From contig NC_057718.1 of assembly GCF_004010195.1 (NCBI RefSeq), positions 73,430,234-73,494,233 of the forward strand: a stretch of DNA of 64,000 nucleotides, given 5' to 3'. The notes under the pieces were generated by a model. The model was not told the DNA's origin. It was given only the letters and a program-made list of their open reading frames with translations, and searched no databases. Positions 1 to 13,257 of this stretch are shown in pieces (positions within the stretch are counted from its first letter, which is position 1; each line of letters opens with the position of its first letter). The translations under genes and the position numbers were made by a program. Origin of the DNA: Chiloscyllium plagiosum. Its lineage: Eukaryota.

Positions 1-255
1 GCCCCCACCCCAGTCTGACCTTTCACCCTCACCTTGACCTCTTTCCACCTATCACATTTCCGACGCCCCTCCCCCAAGTCCCTCCTCCCTACCTTTTATC
101 TTAGCCTGCTGGACAAACCTTCCCCATTCCTGAAGAAGGGCTTATGCCCGAAACGTCGATTCTCCTGTTCCCTGGATGCTGCCTGACCTGCTGCGCTTTT
201 CCAGCAACACATTTCCAGCTCTGATCTCCAGCATCTGCAGACCTCACTTTCTCCT
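1..255 (+). mobile_element. Penelope-like element 3' end (family A), truncated by window edge
   Basis: Same terminal sequence as 3744-3941, which lies downstream of PLE coding sequence; contains HHR core and ~32-nt tail. Confidence 0.85.
127..160 (+). ncRNA. Minimal hammerhead ribozyme motif (family A)
   Basis: CTGAAGA-A-GGGC-ttat-GCCC-GAAA-CGTC; palindromic ACGT in place of helix III; stem I weak. Confidence 0.75.
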
Positions 256-257
256 CG

Positions 258-520
258 TAGAAATATAGAAAATAGTTGCAGAAGTAGTCTATTAGGCTGT
301 TCGAGTCTGTACCACCATTCAATATGATCATGGCTGATCATGCAATCTCAGAATCCCATTCCTGTTTTCTCTCCATACCCCTTGATTCCTTTAGTCACGA
401 GGGCCACATCCAGCTCCCTCTTGAATATATCTAATGAACTAGCCCCAACAGCTTCCTGTGGGAGAAAATTTCACAGGTTCACAACCTTCTAAGTGAAGAA
501 ATTCTTCTTCATCTCATCTA
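258..520 (-). mobile_element. CR1 LINE 3' fragment
   Basis: Reverse complement resembles the ORF2 C-terminus/3' UTR of other CR1 copies in the window. Confidence 0.7.
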
Positions 521-2026
521 GCCACTGACACCATGCACCTATGACTAGTGCAATGGAAAGTAGATTCATGATACCCACAGACTGGACCTGTGTGTATGCA
601 TTGAACTTGTCTCTTGAAGGTAGTAACCAACCTCTCCATCGAGGCAGCCAGACACATGTACGCTAGAGTCAGCATGGTGTAAATAATTCATGCTTCAATT
701 CCATATCTGAAGACATTTGACAAACTACCTATTGTTCTTGTGCCTGTCTATGCTTTTTGAGTAAATCATTAATGATTGAGACCATGGGATTTTCTTCAGT
801 CCAGGGATGAACAGATGACAAGTCTTTGCCAGCTTTTGGATGCCAGCAGCCTGGAGTAGTTCTTCCTCAACCAGCTATGGAAACATGTCAGTGATGTTTT
901 CACCAGATTGCCAAGTCTAATGTAGGTAGAGGTTAAAGTCTCTGAGCTGGTGAAAGTGAATACCTTGTTGGTGTAGCCTCTGAGAGTTTATTAACTTCCA
1001 CCTCAGGAGGGAGCTGGAGATGGAGTTAAGCTTCTCTGGTGCTGATCTCTTGCTGGTAAAGACTTGTGGGGGTGCCATTAGTGTCTAGATAACAGGTGGA
1101 TTTAGTTGTCTAAGAAGGATAAAAAGACTCATTGATTTTTACAGCATGGCAGGAGGCCTTCATGTCCATACTGGACAAAAGAAAGATCTGACTACATTAA
1201 TCTCATTGTCATCTTTTGCCCCATAATCATGTAGGTTATGGAAACTCAATTGAATATCTAAATATTGATTAAATATTTCAACAGTTTCTGCCGCAAACAC
1301 ATCTTTAAGCAGTGATCTCCAGACTTGTACCACCCTCTGAATGAAAAAAAAATTCTCCTGAACTCTCCTCTTCACCTTCTATATCTTACCTTAAACCTGT
1401 GTTCCCTGTTTATTGAGCCCTCTAGTAATGGAGAATAGTGCCTTCTTATATACCCTTTCTATGCCCTTCATATTCAAAAACATGTCTATCAGGTTCCCTT
1501 AACCTTTGCTGCTTCAAGGAAAGCAAAACTAGTCTATCCCAAACTTTCTACATATATAGCCCAAACCCTCCAACTTAGGCAGCATCCTACTAAATCTTCT
1601 TTCCACCCTTTCCAGAGCAAATACGTCTTTCCTGAACTGCAGCCAGTACTTCAGTGTTTCATATTTCCAGCAAAATCTCCTTGCTCTTGTCTCCTGTGCT
1701 TCAGCTAATAAAGGCATAAAACCCATGTACCTTTTAAACCATTTTATTTAATGGGCTTCCAGAAACAGAAACATTCTTCCACATCACCCTCTGCTTCTTG
1801 CCTCTTGGCCAATTTTAGCTCTAACTTGGATCCAATGTGCCACTTTGGCTTGGAACCCATGGGCTCTTACTTTTTTGGCGAGTCTGCCATATCAAAGGCC
1901 TTGCTAAAGATCATGTAGGTCAAGTCAAATGTATTATCCTCATCAACATTCCAGGTTGCCTCCTCAAAAATTCAATCAAATTTACAAACACATCTGTCCC
2001 TAACAAGTGCGTGCTAACTTACCATG

Positions 2027-2331
2027 ATTAGATTAGATTACATTGGTGTGGAAACAGGCCCTTCGGCCCAACAAGTCCACACCGACCCACCGAAGCGCAA
2101 CCCACCCATACCCCTACATTTACCCCTTACCTAACACTACGGCCAATTCATGGCCAATTCACCTGACTTGCACATCTTTGGACTGTGGGAGGAAACCGGA
2201 GCACCCGGAGGAAACCTACGCAGACACGGGGAGAACGTGCAAACTCCACACAGTCACCTGAGGCGGGAATTGAACCCAGGTCTCTGGCACTGTGAGGCAG
2301 CAGTGCTAACCACTGTGCCACCGTGTTGCCC
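2027..2331 (-). mobile_element. HE1/V-SINE tRNA-derived SINE
   Basis: A/B-box head, V-domain GTGTGGAGTTTGCAC..., CR1-like tail ending (AATCT)n. Confidence 0.92.
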
Positions 2332-2587
2332 ACTATTAATCCATATCTCTCCAAGTGCAGATATGTTCTGTACCTCAGAATTCTTCCTGAAAACATCCCA
2401 GCCATTGAGCTTAGACTGACTGGCCCGTAATTTCTTGGTCTTTCCTTTCCTTCCATTTTTTTAGTAATGGGACAACATTAGCACTCCTGTAATCCTCTGG
2501 AGCTTCAATTGAGGCCAGACAGGATTTTAAGATCACAGTCATGGTCCCTGCTATCTCTTCTCCTGCTTCTTTCAATAAGTGATCTGG

Positions 2588-2899
2588 ATGGTGAGACAGC
2601 TTAGTGGTTATCACTGCTGCCTCAAAATGCCAGGGACCTCAATTCCAGCTTCGGGCGACTGTCTATGTAGCGTCTGCATATTCTCCTAGTGTCTGTGTGG
2701 ATTTCCTCCCACTCTACAAATCCGTGCAGGTTAGGTGGATTGGTCATACTAAATTGCCATAGTATCCAGGGATATGTAGGTTAGGGGGGTGAGCCAAGGG
2801 GATGGAATGAGGTGGGTTAGGGTGGGATGCGCCTCGGAGGATCAGTGTGGACTTAATGTGGCAAATGGCCTGCTTCCATTCTTCGGGATTCTATGATTC
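2588..2899 (+). mobile_element. Older diverged HE1/V-SINE
   Basis: Degenerate head and V-domain; GATTCTAT tail. Confidence 0.75.
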
Positions 2900-3009
2900 A
2901 CATTTATTGATTTAATCACTTTTAAAATTCCTAAAACCATCAGTGCCTCCTTTCTTAATGTTAATTTCTGCTAAACCTTTGCAGTCCCACACCTTGATAT
3001 CTGTACTTG

Positions 3010-3941
3010 ATATCCACAGCTACCTAGACTACACCTCCTCCCACCCTGCCCCTGTAAAAACGCCATCCCATATTCCCAATTCCTTCGTCTCCGCCGCATC
3101 TGCTCCCAGGAGGACCAGTTCCAAAACCATACAACCCAGATGGCCTCCTTCTTCAAGGACCGCAATTTCCCCCCAGACGTGGTCGATGATGCTCTNNNNN
3201 NNNNNNNNNNNNNNNNNNNNNNNNNNNNNNNNNNNNNNNNNNNNNNNNNNNNNNNNNNNNNNNNNNNNNNNNNNNNNNNNNNNNNNNNNNNNNNNNNNNN
3301 NNNNNNNNNNNNNNNNNNNNNNNNNNNNNNNNNNNNNNNNNNNNNNNNNNNNNNNNNNNNNNNNNNNNNNNNNNNNNNNNNNNNNNNNNNNNNNNNNNNN
3401 NNNNNNNNNNNNNNNNNNNNNNNNNNNNNNNNNNNNNNNNNNNNNNNNNNNNNNNNNNNNNNNNNNNNNNNNNNNNNNNNNNNNNNNNNNNNNNNNNNNN
3501 NNNNNNNNNNNNNNNNNNNNNNNNNNNNNNNNNNNNNNNNNNNNNNNNNNNNNNNNNNNNNNNNNNNNNNNNNNNNNNNNNNNNNNNNNNNNNNNNNNNN
3601 NNNNNNNNNNNNNNNNNNNNNNNNNNNNNNNNNNNNNNNNNNNNNNNNNNNNNNNNNNNNNNNNNNNNNNNNNNNNNNNNNNNNNNNNNNNNNNNNNNNN
3701 NNNNNNNNNNNNNNNNNNNNNNNNNNNNNNNNNNNNNNNNNNNGCCTATCACCCTCACCTTGTCCTCCTTCCACCTATCGCATTTCCAACGCACCTCCCC
3801 CAAGTCCCTCCTCCCTACCTTTTATCTTAGCCTGCTGGACACACTCTCCTCATTCCTGAAGGGCTTATGCCCGAAAGGTCGATTCTCCTGTTCCTTGGAT
3901 GCTGCCTGACCTGCTGCGCTTTTCCAGCAACACATTTTCAG
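3010..3941 (+). mobile_element. 5'-truncated Penelope-like element (family A) spanning a gap
   Basis: Encodes SYLDYTSSHP..KNAIPYSQFLRLRRICS; 11-bp TSD ATCTGTACTTG at 2999-3009 and 3942-3952; damaged HHR near 3856-3883. Confidence 0.88.
3196..3743. other. Assembly gap
   Basis: N run. Confidence 1.
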
Positions 3942-4594
3942 ATCTGTACTTGTGTCATCCTTTTTCATTTTGAAGACTGACATAAAGTAAGCATTGAAGA
4001 CTCTATGTAAGTCTTCCTCATCCACAGATCACCTCAATGATTCCGATTGCAGCCTTACTCTTTCCCTAGTGATCTGCCTCACTGAGGTATGCATTAGAAA
4101 TCAAGCCATGCTATTCCCAAAGTCATGACAGAAGTTAAAGATTTCAAAAAGTTCACAGAATTCCCCAAATTTTATGACTTATAGACTCAGGTTAGTGGAA
4201 AACATGGACCACGTTTACTTACTTAAGATTATTATGTATTACAAATAAATAGATTTTAACTACAGATAAACAATATAGAGGTATCAACATATAACACTAT
4301 ATGATTACAAAGTGGTTAAAACTCTAACCACTTGTAAATTCCCCTCTGTACACACATGCAGACAAAAGCAGACACGAAAGAAAATATGAGTGTGATGGCA
4401 GATGGAAGATTGAGAGGGCAATTAAATGGTGCAATGTAATCCACAAGTTGCTGCTGCCAGTCCATTTGGGTCAAATGATACCTTAGTAAAATCAGTCTTT
4501 GTCCAGTTTAGAACTTTTCATCCCAGTCCATCCGTATCCTTTTCCATTACTATCCTAAATCAAATTGAGTTATAGTCACTATCTCAGGAAGCTC

Positions 4595-5245
4595 AGAAGA
4601 ACAAAGGGAGGATAGGTTAATCAGGTAGCTAAGAAGGCATATTGGTCATGGCATAGATTGCAATGCAAGAAGGTCATGTTGTATCTGTACAAAACTTTAA
4701 TTAGGCCACAACTGGAATACTATGTGCAGTTCTGGTCACCACACTGTAGGAAGTTTTAATTGCTTTGGAGGGGGTGCAGAGGAAACTCGCCAGATTTTGC
4801 CAGGAGGGAGTACTTCAACCAGGGATAGAGGCTGGATTAGAGCGGGTTATTTTCTTTGGAATGGAAAATGTTGAGGGTATCCTTAATAGAGGTCTATAAG
4901 ATTATGAGAGGCATGGACAGGGTGAATAGAATGTAGCTTACTCCCCTTAGTCCAAGGGTCAGTAACAAGGGGCACAACTTTCAGTAAAAGTGAAAAGCAG
5001 GGGGTTTTGAGGGTTGTTGAGTTAAACCTTTTCACTTGGGGAGGGTGGTGGTCTAGAATGGAATGTCTGGGAGGATAGTTGAGGCCGGAAATCTCACTTC
5101 CTTCAAAAAGTATTTGGATGAGCACTTAAATTATCATAACATTCAAGGCTATGGGCCAAGAGCAAGAAAGTGGTACACATGTAAATTGTGTTATATTTTT
5201 GCCAGCAGTGGGCCCAAAGTCCTCTTCTGAACTGGATGATTCTAT
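4595..5245 (+). mobile_element. CR1 LINE 3' fragment
   Basis: LIRPQLEYYVQFWSP-type coding followed by 3' UTR and GATTCTAT tail. Confidence 0.85.
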
Positions 5246-5489
5246 TTCCAAAATGCTCCCCTATTGATCAGCCTGCAAATCTGCTGAGGTTGTTTCTGAA
5301 TACCAAGTTTAGAATTGCAACCCCCCACTCCCACCCTCCCACTTTTTGGGCTTTCTTTGGGCAGGCTGAAAAAAGGTTCTCTTGGATGCAGTTTAATTTA
5401 TTTTGTTCCCTCCCTGCTTATACATTAAAACTACTCCAGTTAATGTTTTGTTCATGCAAATCCCCTCCTACTACTGGCCTATTAGAACT

Positions 5490-6610
5490 TTGAACAGGGC
5501 AACACAGGAACAGTCCCTTCGGCCCACCATGTATGTGCCAACCATGATGCCATTCTAAATTGATCACATCTACCTGAACATAACTCATATATCTCTATTC
5601 CTTATTTATTCATGTGCCTCTCTCAATGCCTCTTAAATGTTGCTATCATCTCTCCTTGTACCACCTCCCCCAGCTGCGCATTTCGGGTATCTACCACCTC
5701 TGTGTAAAAGACTTGCCGCACACATGTCCTTTAAACTTTCCACTGTCACCTTAAACCTATGCCCCCTTGTATTTGACATTTACACCCTGGGAAAAATACT
5801 CCAACCATCCATCCAATCTACAGGCAGAATGGTGGAACAGTGGTTGGCACTGCTGCCTCACAGCACCAGGAACCTGAGTTTAATTCCAGCCTTGGATGAC
5901 TGTCTGTGTGGAGTTTGCACATTCTCCCCGTGACTAAGTGAGTGTCCTCTGGTTTCCTCCCACAGTCCAAAGATGTGAAGGTTAGGTGGATTGACCAGGC
6001 TAAATCACCCAGAAATGTGCAAGCTGGGTGGATTAGCCATGGGAAATGTATAGCTGTGGGGATTGGTTGTGGATGTTTTCTGGAGAATGATGTCAACTTG
6101 ATAGGGATTCTATGATTCTGTTTCTCTCATAACTTAATATACTTCTATCAAAATGCACCTCAGCCTCTGATGTTCTGGCAAAAACAATCGAAGTTTGTCC
6201 AATCTTTCCTTACAGTTTATACACTCCAATCCAGGCAGTATACTGGTAAAATTGGTTGCACACTTCTCTGAAATTGGATTACATATTTGTTCCTCTATTT
6301 CTCCCTGAATCTTTGGGATCTATAGCATACACCCAGCAGTGTGTTTGCCTCTTTTGTATTTTCTTACTCCTACCCATGTAGCTTCATTTAATGATCGATC
6401 CAAGATATGATCTCTCCTCACTGCAATAATTGATTTCTTATTCAATATCACACCTCTCCCTCCTTTTCTATCCCACTATCTATCTTGTCTGATCACCCAA
6501 TATCCAGGAATGTTGAGCTTCCAAGTCTTGGATATAGCAACGTTGTCATACTCCCATATGCCTATTAGTGCCCTCAGACTATCTAGTTTATTCTTCAGAC
6601 TCTGCTAAAA
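5490..6610 (-). mobile_element. CR1 LINE fragments with nested SINE
   Basis: Antisense 3' end and endonuclease-like segments similar to other copies. Confidence 0.7.
5822..6119 (+). mobile_element. Older HE1/V-SINE
   Basis: Head TGGTGGAACAGTGGTTGGCAC, V-domain, GATTCTAT tail. Confidence 0.8.
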
Positions 6611-7094
6611 GTTTGTGAAGTTTGCAAATGTTTTTGCACTAGTGTTAATGGAAGAGCAACAAAGTTCAGTACAATAAAGCTCACTAGGTTGTTTGTCCAT
6701 TGAGGTCTCTCTATCCTCACATGGGTGGTCATTCTCTTCACATGCTAATTCTTGAGGAATCTCATGTCCTTAGCTCACACCCCACCTCATAGCTCCTGAC
6801 GCTGTCAGCTTGGTCATGGGACAATTTCTCAATGTCTCTTGCGATGAGACAAAAAGAGGAATTGAGTATGCTGGAAGTGGAAGGAAAAGCCGTTCATGGT
6901 GATGTCAAAGTAAGATTGGTGGTAAGGCATATTCCAGTGAGTGAATAGTAATGACAGATTGTAGGAAAGGTTAATATTTGGAAGGATGCGGTAGATGAGA
7001 ATCATTGAATAGATCTGCTGCATGCTATAGTTGTAGTTAATAGACAGATTGCTGGCCCTACGGACTATGAGGTAGCAGAGAGAAGATGTGGCAT

Positions 7095-7240
7095 TTTTTA
7101 AAAATTCATTTATGGGAATATGGAAATTGATGGCTGGCCAACATTTATTGCCCGCCCCTAGTTGCTCTTGAGATGTTGCCTTCTTGAATCACTGAGGTTG
7201 ATTTGCTGTAGGTAAACCCACAATGCCCTAAGGGAGGTCC
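7095..7240 (-). mobile_element. LINE/SINE 3' end fragment, related to 60195-60260
   Basis: Shares GCTGGCCAACATTTATTGCCC-like motif with the 60.2 kb element. Confidence 0.5.
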
Positions 7241-8594
7241 AAACTAGTGTTGTTTGTAGGAATGGTCTTCTGTGACATTTAGCTGGAAAAAGGACTGACT
7301 GCCTACCCACTACCATGTCCACCAACATCCCCAGAACCTGTCCACGAAGCAGAGAGCAAGCTTCATTTCCCCTGAACCATAGCTTTCGAAGTGTAAAAAT
7401 GACAGTAACATATCAGTGACTCATGTCTGTAGAAAATAGTTCACTTGTAGTCGACTATGATTTCATAAACTTCAATCTAAAGTCATGCTGCTGCCAATGA
7501 TTTGTGTAGTGGTAAAAGCTGCTTTGTAATAATTGTCAGAAGTCATAGTATTAAAACTGAGCATTCAGTAAAGGTGACAGGCAATTGTCTGAAGAAGTAG
7601 CATTTGTCCTGAGTTGTAAACCAGATTTTAAAGGAATCCCATTTAATTTGAGTTCTCCTCTTATTTTTATGAATGAATTATTGAGTAATAAATTTTAAGA
7701 GTTCACAACTTTAAAGTGGATGGAAATGTTCAAGGCGGAACATGCTGGCTAGATGGTTTCTGCCAGTAGAATTATTGAATTTATGAAGACAAGTCTAGAT
7801 GAAAAGAACCCAACAGTTTAGCTGATCCTGATTTAACCCATGATCAATCATCTTTAAGTTTTACTTAGAGCCAAAATCCCTGCACACATTATATAAACTA
7901 CCAACACTTGGGATGACTTCCACATGTTACCAGTAAGGTAATTAGATGGATTATCACAACTCAAAGTGCTGACTTCTATTTTAACTGCCCCCAGGGAACG
8001 GGTCTAATTCTGCAATGCAGTACAATAGGATAGAAAGGTCATCACAAGTTTGCTGAAGGACATCAGTCTGAGAAGAAAGAAAATGCTTTTAGGGTAATAA
8101 AGTTCTATACCATTCTACATTTTCCAAATGTACTTACTTATTTCTTGAGTAAAATCCATTTTATTTCATATTTGCCATTAAAATACATGTTAAAATATAT
8201 CTGTAAATAGAAATAATATAACAGGCAATTCATTAAATGCAATCTCATGAAACCATTACATGCACTATAAAGGCAGATAAAGGCAGGTGGAGATCTAGAT
8301 TAGGTTTAAAACAGCAGATAAATTAACTGTCCTTCCATCAATAAAGGCATAAGACAAGGTCACTAAACTCTTGGCCTGCAATGCAATGATACTAGAAATT
8401 ACCTGAGGTTGATAAGAACTCGGGATGAAACCTACTTCTTCGGGACCTCACTACATTTCATTTAATGTTGCTAAATTCCAAAATATGTTGTTGGGGTGGA
8501 GTATTTCTAGGACTTGCTATTTGCACATCTAACTTGATTTCACTCAAGAAACAGAACTCTCTGGTTAAATGTTTAAAGTGTACCAATTACAAGA

Positions 8595-8760
8595 GGTCAG
8601 TTATGGCTTGATGGTAGTGCTGTTGCTTCAAATTCAGAAGGTCAGGTAGGCCTGGGATGTTGGTGTCATGTTTTAGGTTCCACGCTTAAGTGCATAGTCT
8701 AGACTGACATCCAGTATGGTTCATAGGGTTTGTTTGTACTGTCAAAAGGATCATCTTTTT
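8595..8760 (+). mobile_element. Ancient tRNA-SINE remnant, possibly DeuSINE/SacSINE1-like
   Basis: Degenerate A-box head then TCTAGACTGACATCCAGT, recalled as similar to this family; highly diverged. Confidence 0.35.
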
Positions 8761-8789
8761 TGTTTTGGAAGCAGCAATAAACTATTGTG

Positions 8790-9235
8790 AGGAAGAGGAA
8801 GTAAATGGGCAGGTGTTACACCTTCTGCAATTGCATGGGAAGATGTCTTGGAGGAATGGGGAGATGTTTGGAGTTGAGTAGGAGTGCACCAAGGTGGTCC
8901 AGCGGGAATGGTCCCTGTGGAAGGCTGACAAAGGAGGGGAATATGTTTCTGGTGGCAGCATCCCACTGGAGTTGGCGGATATGTCGCTTAATGATCTTTC
9001 GGATGTGGAAGCTGGTAGGATGGTAAGTGAGGATGAGGAGGACCGTGTCACTGTTATGGCAGGGTAGAGAGGCAGTGAGAGCTGAAATGTGGGAGATGGA
9101 TTAGATATAGCTGAGAGCCTCGTCAACCACTGTGGTGGGAGTCCTTGTTGAGGAGGAAGATGGACATTTAGAAGGCCCCCTTTCAACGTTATCATCTTTG
9201 GAACAGGTGCATTAGAGGCAAAGCAACTCAGAGAA
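8790..9235 (-). mobile_element. Penelope-like element internal fragment (RT thumb to GIY-YIG linker)
   Basis: PPLSAFHRDHS..LVHS..FPCNCRRCNTCPF, Cys-rich linker typical of Neptune-type PLEs. Confidence 0.82.
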
Positions 9236-9259
9236 TAGAGTATTTACAGGGAGCTGTAA

Positions 9260-9430
9260 ACATAATAGAGTAGTCATCATAGGGGATTTTAACTTCCCCA
9301 ACAACTGTTGGGTAATCATTGTGTGAAAAATTTGGAGGCACAGAATTCTTAAAATGCATCAGAATACCTTATTAAGCTGTTAAGTAGAAGGCTGTTTAAA
9401 AAAGGGGAGAGTCCTGGACTTAATTTTAGA
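9260..9430 (+). mobile_element. CR1 endonuclease fragment
   Basis: VVIIGDFNFP motif and downstream LDLIL-like motif. Confidence 0.65.
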
Positions 9431-9489
9431 TTCTTAAAAAGCTATTGTCAGCAATTCTGCTCAACTTTGCTTTGTAACTCATTATATCA

Positions 9490-10155
9490 TGTAAGCTTTG
9501 CAACAGTCGACATGTGCTTGTGTGGTTAGTCTGAGGCTTTATTTTAGTCTGGAATTGTCTCATGGTGTCTCTGATGGCTTTGCAAACACCATATCTAGAT
9601 TTGCTATTAATGACAGGGTCACCCGACTTTCACTAGGGAGTGTATCCTTCTGTTCATCCATGGTTTCTGGTTGGGGAGCACTCAGATTAACTTCGTTGGC
9701 ACGCAGTCCTGTATACTGATGAAGTCTGTGAGAGTAGTGGCATACTCATTTCATTTGGCCACTGATTTTTTGAATATGAACTCTTCCACCGAATCTTAGC
9801 AGTAGGGGCTCATCTGTTACCTCAGACTAGCACTGTACAATCACTGTACTGTATCCTCATGCTTCAGTTTCTGCTTGTAATCCGGGAGAAGGAGCACAAC
9901 CTTATGGTCTGATTTACCAAAATACAGGCGGGAGTGAAGTGGTAGGCATCTTTGATGGTTGTTTAGCAATGGTTAAGCATGTTTGAGCCTCTGGTGGGAC
10001 AGAAGACATATTGATAGCATCTTGGTAGCACATTCTTGAGGTTGGCCTTGTTGAAGTCATCGACTATGATGAACAAAGCCTCGGGTTATTCCATGTCAAC
10101 CCTATTTGTAGCAATATATATTTCATCAAGTGTGCTCTTCACTTCCGCATGGGAT
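9490..10155 (-). mobile_element. Rex1/Babar LINE endonuclease-region fragment
   Basis: Antisense EALFIIVDDFNKANLKNVLPR..CPTRG..LNHC..IKDAY. Confidence 0.75.
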
Positions 10156-10164
10156 GATCAGTGA

Positions 10165-11240
10165 TAAATGGTATTCCATTCAGATAAATGTGAGGTGATG
10201 CACTTGGGCAGGACAAATAAGACAAGGGAATACATAATGAATGGTCAGACCCCAGGAAGCATGATGACCAGAAGGATCTTGGTGTCATGTATACATATCC
10301 CTTAGGGTATCAGGACAGGTGAATGAAGTGTTTAAGAAGACATTTGGTATGCTTGCATTTATCAGTTTAGATTAGATTACATTACAGTGTGCAAACAGGC
10401 CCTTTGGCCCAACAAGTCCACACCGACCCGCCGAAGCGAACCCACCCATACCCCTACATTTACCCCTTACCTAACACTATGGGCAATTTAGTATGGCCAA
10501 TTCACCTAGCCCTGCACATCTTTGGACTGTGGGAGGAAACCGGAGCACCCGGAGGAAACCCACGCAGACACGGGGAGAACGTGCAAACTCCACACAGTCA
10601 GTCGCCTGAGGCGGGAATTGAACCCGGGTCTCTGGCGCTGCGAGGCAACAGTGCTAACCACTGTGCAAAGAGTTTAAGAGCAAGGAGGTTATGATGAGAC
10701 TGTGTAAAATTTTGGTTAGGTCATAGCTAGAGTACTGTGTGCAGTCCAGAATCCACATTATAGGAGCAATGCAATAGCATTGGAAAGGGTGTGGAGGACA
10801 TTTAGCAGGATGTTGCCTGGGCTAAAGAGTTTCAGTTATAAAACGAGATTGTAAAGTCTGGGGTTGTATTCCTCGTTACCAAGACGATTGAGAGGGGCCG
10901 TGATTGAAATGTTAAAAATTGAGGGGCACAAATAGAGTGAGCAGGAAGAAACATTTCTCCCGAATGGAGGGATTAATGATGAAAGGCATAGATTTAAAAT
11001 AAGGGCCAGAGATGCAAAAAAAGCTTTTTCACTCGAGGGTGATGGGAATCTGGAACTGACTGCCTATAATGTTGGTAGAGGCAGAAACTCTGACCACATT
11101 TACGGATGTGCATGTATGATGCGAAGGCATACATGGCTATGGGCCAAATGCTGGAAAATGGGATTAGAATACATGTTGTTTTTGACTGACATTGATGGCT
11201 GTGTTGAAGAGCCTTTACCTGTGCTATAGCTTTCTATGAC
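10165..11240 (+). mobile_element. CR1 LINE 3' portion with nested SINE
   Basis: DKCEVMHLGRTN, DLGV, LEYCVQ motifs and 3' tail. Confidence 0.85.
10367..10666 (-). mobile_element. HE1/V-SINE (young)
   Basis: Near-identical to other young copies. Confidence 0.92.
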
Positions 11241-11689
11241 TGAATGAGCACCACTGAAGTATCAGGGTGGGAAGAAGTTGAAATTCACATTGGTAGATCT
11301 GATGGTTTAACTGGAGATCTCTACTGAATTTCCCCAATAATGATTTCAGTGCTTTTATGTCCTTCTCACTAATCTACCAGCTATTAAAGTAATGTAATCT
11401 GGATCGTGCCCACAAAAGGATAGAGCTGATGCTTTGTACTTAACTAATGACTTTGAGAAAACGATTGAATGTCAGCCTGCACTTTTCTTTCTCCTTATGA
11501 CTTTTACCATGATACATAGGGTCACCACAAACATCGTAATGTCAATCATCCTTTTTGTTTTGGAAATGCTGTCCTGCTTAATAGCCAGACACCCTTTCCT
11601 CCCAGAGGGCTGGAAGTGTGGCTAACCAGGGGTCTTTCCTGCTCTTGCTGTCTAGTATGTTACAAGGTTTGTAGTCTTCTTCCTTCGCC

Positions 11690-11765
11690 ATCAAGTCCTG
11701 GAGTGGAACTTGAACAGAAGACATCTGGCTCAGAAGGAGGGACTGCGCACCGTGTTACAAGACCC
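11690..11765 (-). mobile_element. tRNA-derived SINE head remnant
   Basis: Antisense B-box-like GTTCAAGTTCC and A-box-like segment. Confidence 0.4.
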
Positions 11766-13257
11766 CAGTATGCACTTTTCTTTAACTTTCTCAAATACCT
11801 TAAATCCATTGTCACGTTCCCAATTTATTAAGGGCTAGAGCTGTGCATTTATTGTTGTGGCAGCAGCCAATTTTATCTCACACAATTCTCTTCATTACTT
11901 TTCATTCTCTGTGACACTGATTCAGTTAGATTTTTCTCAATTTAATACAACATTAAATCATTTAAAATGCTGTGCTACTTATGCACCCTTTTATGCTGCT
12001 ACCATTTTATGTCTTGCCTTTTCCATTTTGCTCACCAAATAGCACTTTATATTTAAAATATTTGATGGTTTATAGTTGTAATGACTTTGCATAGGGTACC
12101 TTTCGTAAATGCTGGACAACACAAAATATTCATAACTTTAGATTTGCGTTCAATGGAGCTCCAGCATTTTGCAGCTTCCTGCTCTCCATGGACTGATACA
12201 TTTCTGTTCAGTACCTGACTGCAGTGCAGCCATAAACATGACACCCTGGATGACCATCCAAACAACAATTAGTTGCTGGCTCTTTATGAATATGTAACAA
12301 TATATCAGCATACTTGTGTAAGATTCTGAAATTGTTGTGTACCTTTTCAATGTCCCCAATGAATGTTACAGAATCCTACTAGTTTCAGTAGGATACGGGT
12401 TAAAATGGAAACATTTACCATTTATTATAATCTCTCCCCCACAGAGTTTTCTGATTAGGATTATATGTTACAGGAAATTATCTGAATACTTGAAGAAAGA
12501 TTTTAATCAATTAAACATCCCTGCAGTCAGAATGCTCTGGTGTGGTACTGCCTATTTATTCTTGACATGGCATTTGTATTCCTTGCATGAAACGCACAAA
12601 CATATGGAATGTTCATTATTAGTTATACTGCAACTGACAAAATTCACTAATTTTCTGATTCAAATTTTCTAAATTAAATTTGTATATTGTACATTTCAAG
12701 TCCATACTTATTATTGAATATTCTGAAGATATATGCAGGTTTTATTGGGGTTAGCAATCACTTGTAAACATTCTTTGCAGTTCTTATAATGTGGAGTGAT
12801 TCTTACTTAAATTAGCAAAGGCCAGTAACTATTTTGTATACTAATGTCCAATTGTTATAAAAATTGTTAGTTGGTGATTGTGTTGAATCAAACCTCAAAA
12901 CAAAATCACAATTTCACAACACCTGTGTTCTTAAGTTATTTCAAGTAGTGGGGTCTGTACTACCAACATTTAACATCAGGATTCAGGATTGCAGCATGCA
13001 GTCCTTGCTCCATGTGCTGGCACCTGTAATTGCATATGGGCTAGTAAGTTGCATTTTCTTGCATTTATAGAAGATGTCACATCTACCGTCAAACAAAAAT
13101 AAAATACAGATCACACAGGGAGATATTCAATTTTTCTAGTCATGACATGCTTAGGTTTTAAACTGGGCATTCCCAAGCCAACTAGCTCTGTATTTTTTAT
13201 AATAAAAACAATGAAGTATAGTTTCAGTTTCAGATTTGAAAATATGCAAAAAAACAT

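Larger units (their letters stand above)
1135..4080 (-). mobile_element. Decayed CR1 LINE interrupted by two SINEs and a PLE
   Basis: Peptides LERVERRFSRMLPKL, NYGPVSLSS, EDYRSANVVPLLKK, FNAYFMSVF. Confidence 0.85.

Noticed and set aside
520..1130. Possible decayed LINE coding fragment
   Set aside because: No diagnostic motif could be read with confidence
2943..3859. Long ORFs of 216-295 aa (also 30939-31996)
   Set aside because: Artefacts of translating through N gaps
4100..4590. Possible LTR remnant, perhaps continuing at 5245-5490
   Set aside because: No clear TG..CA termini or TSD could be identified
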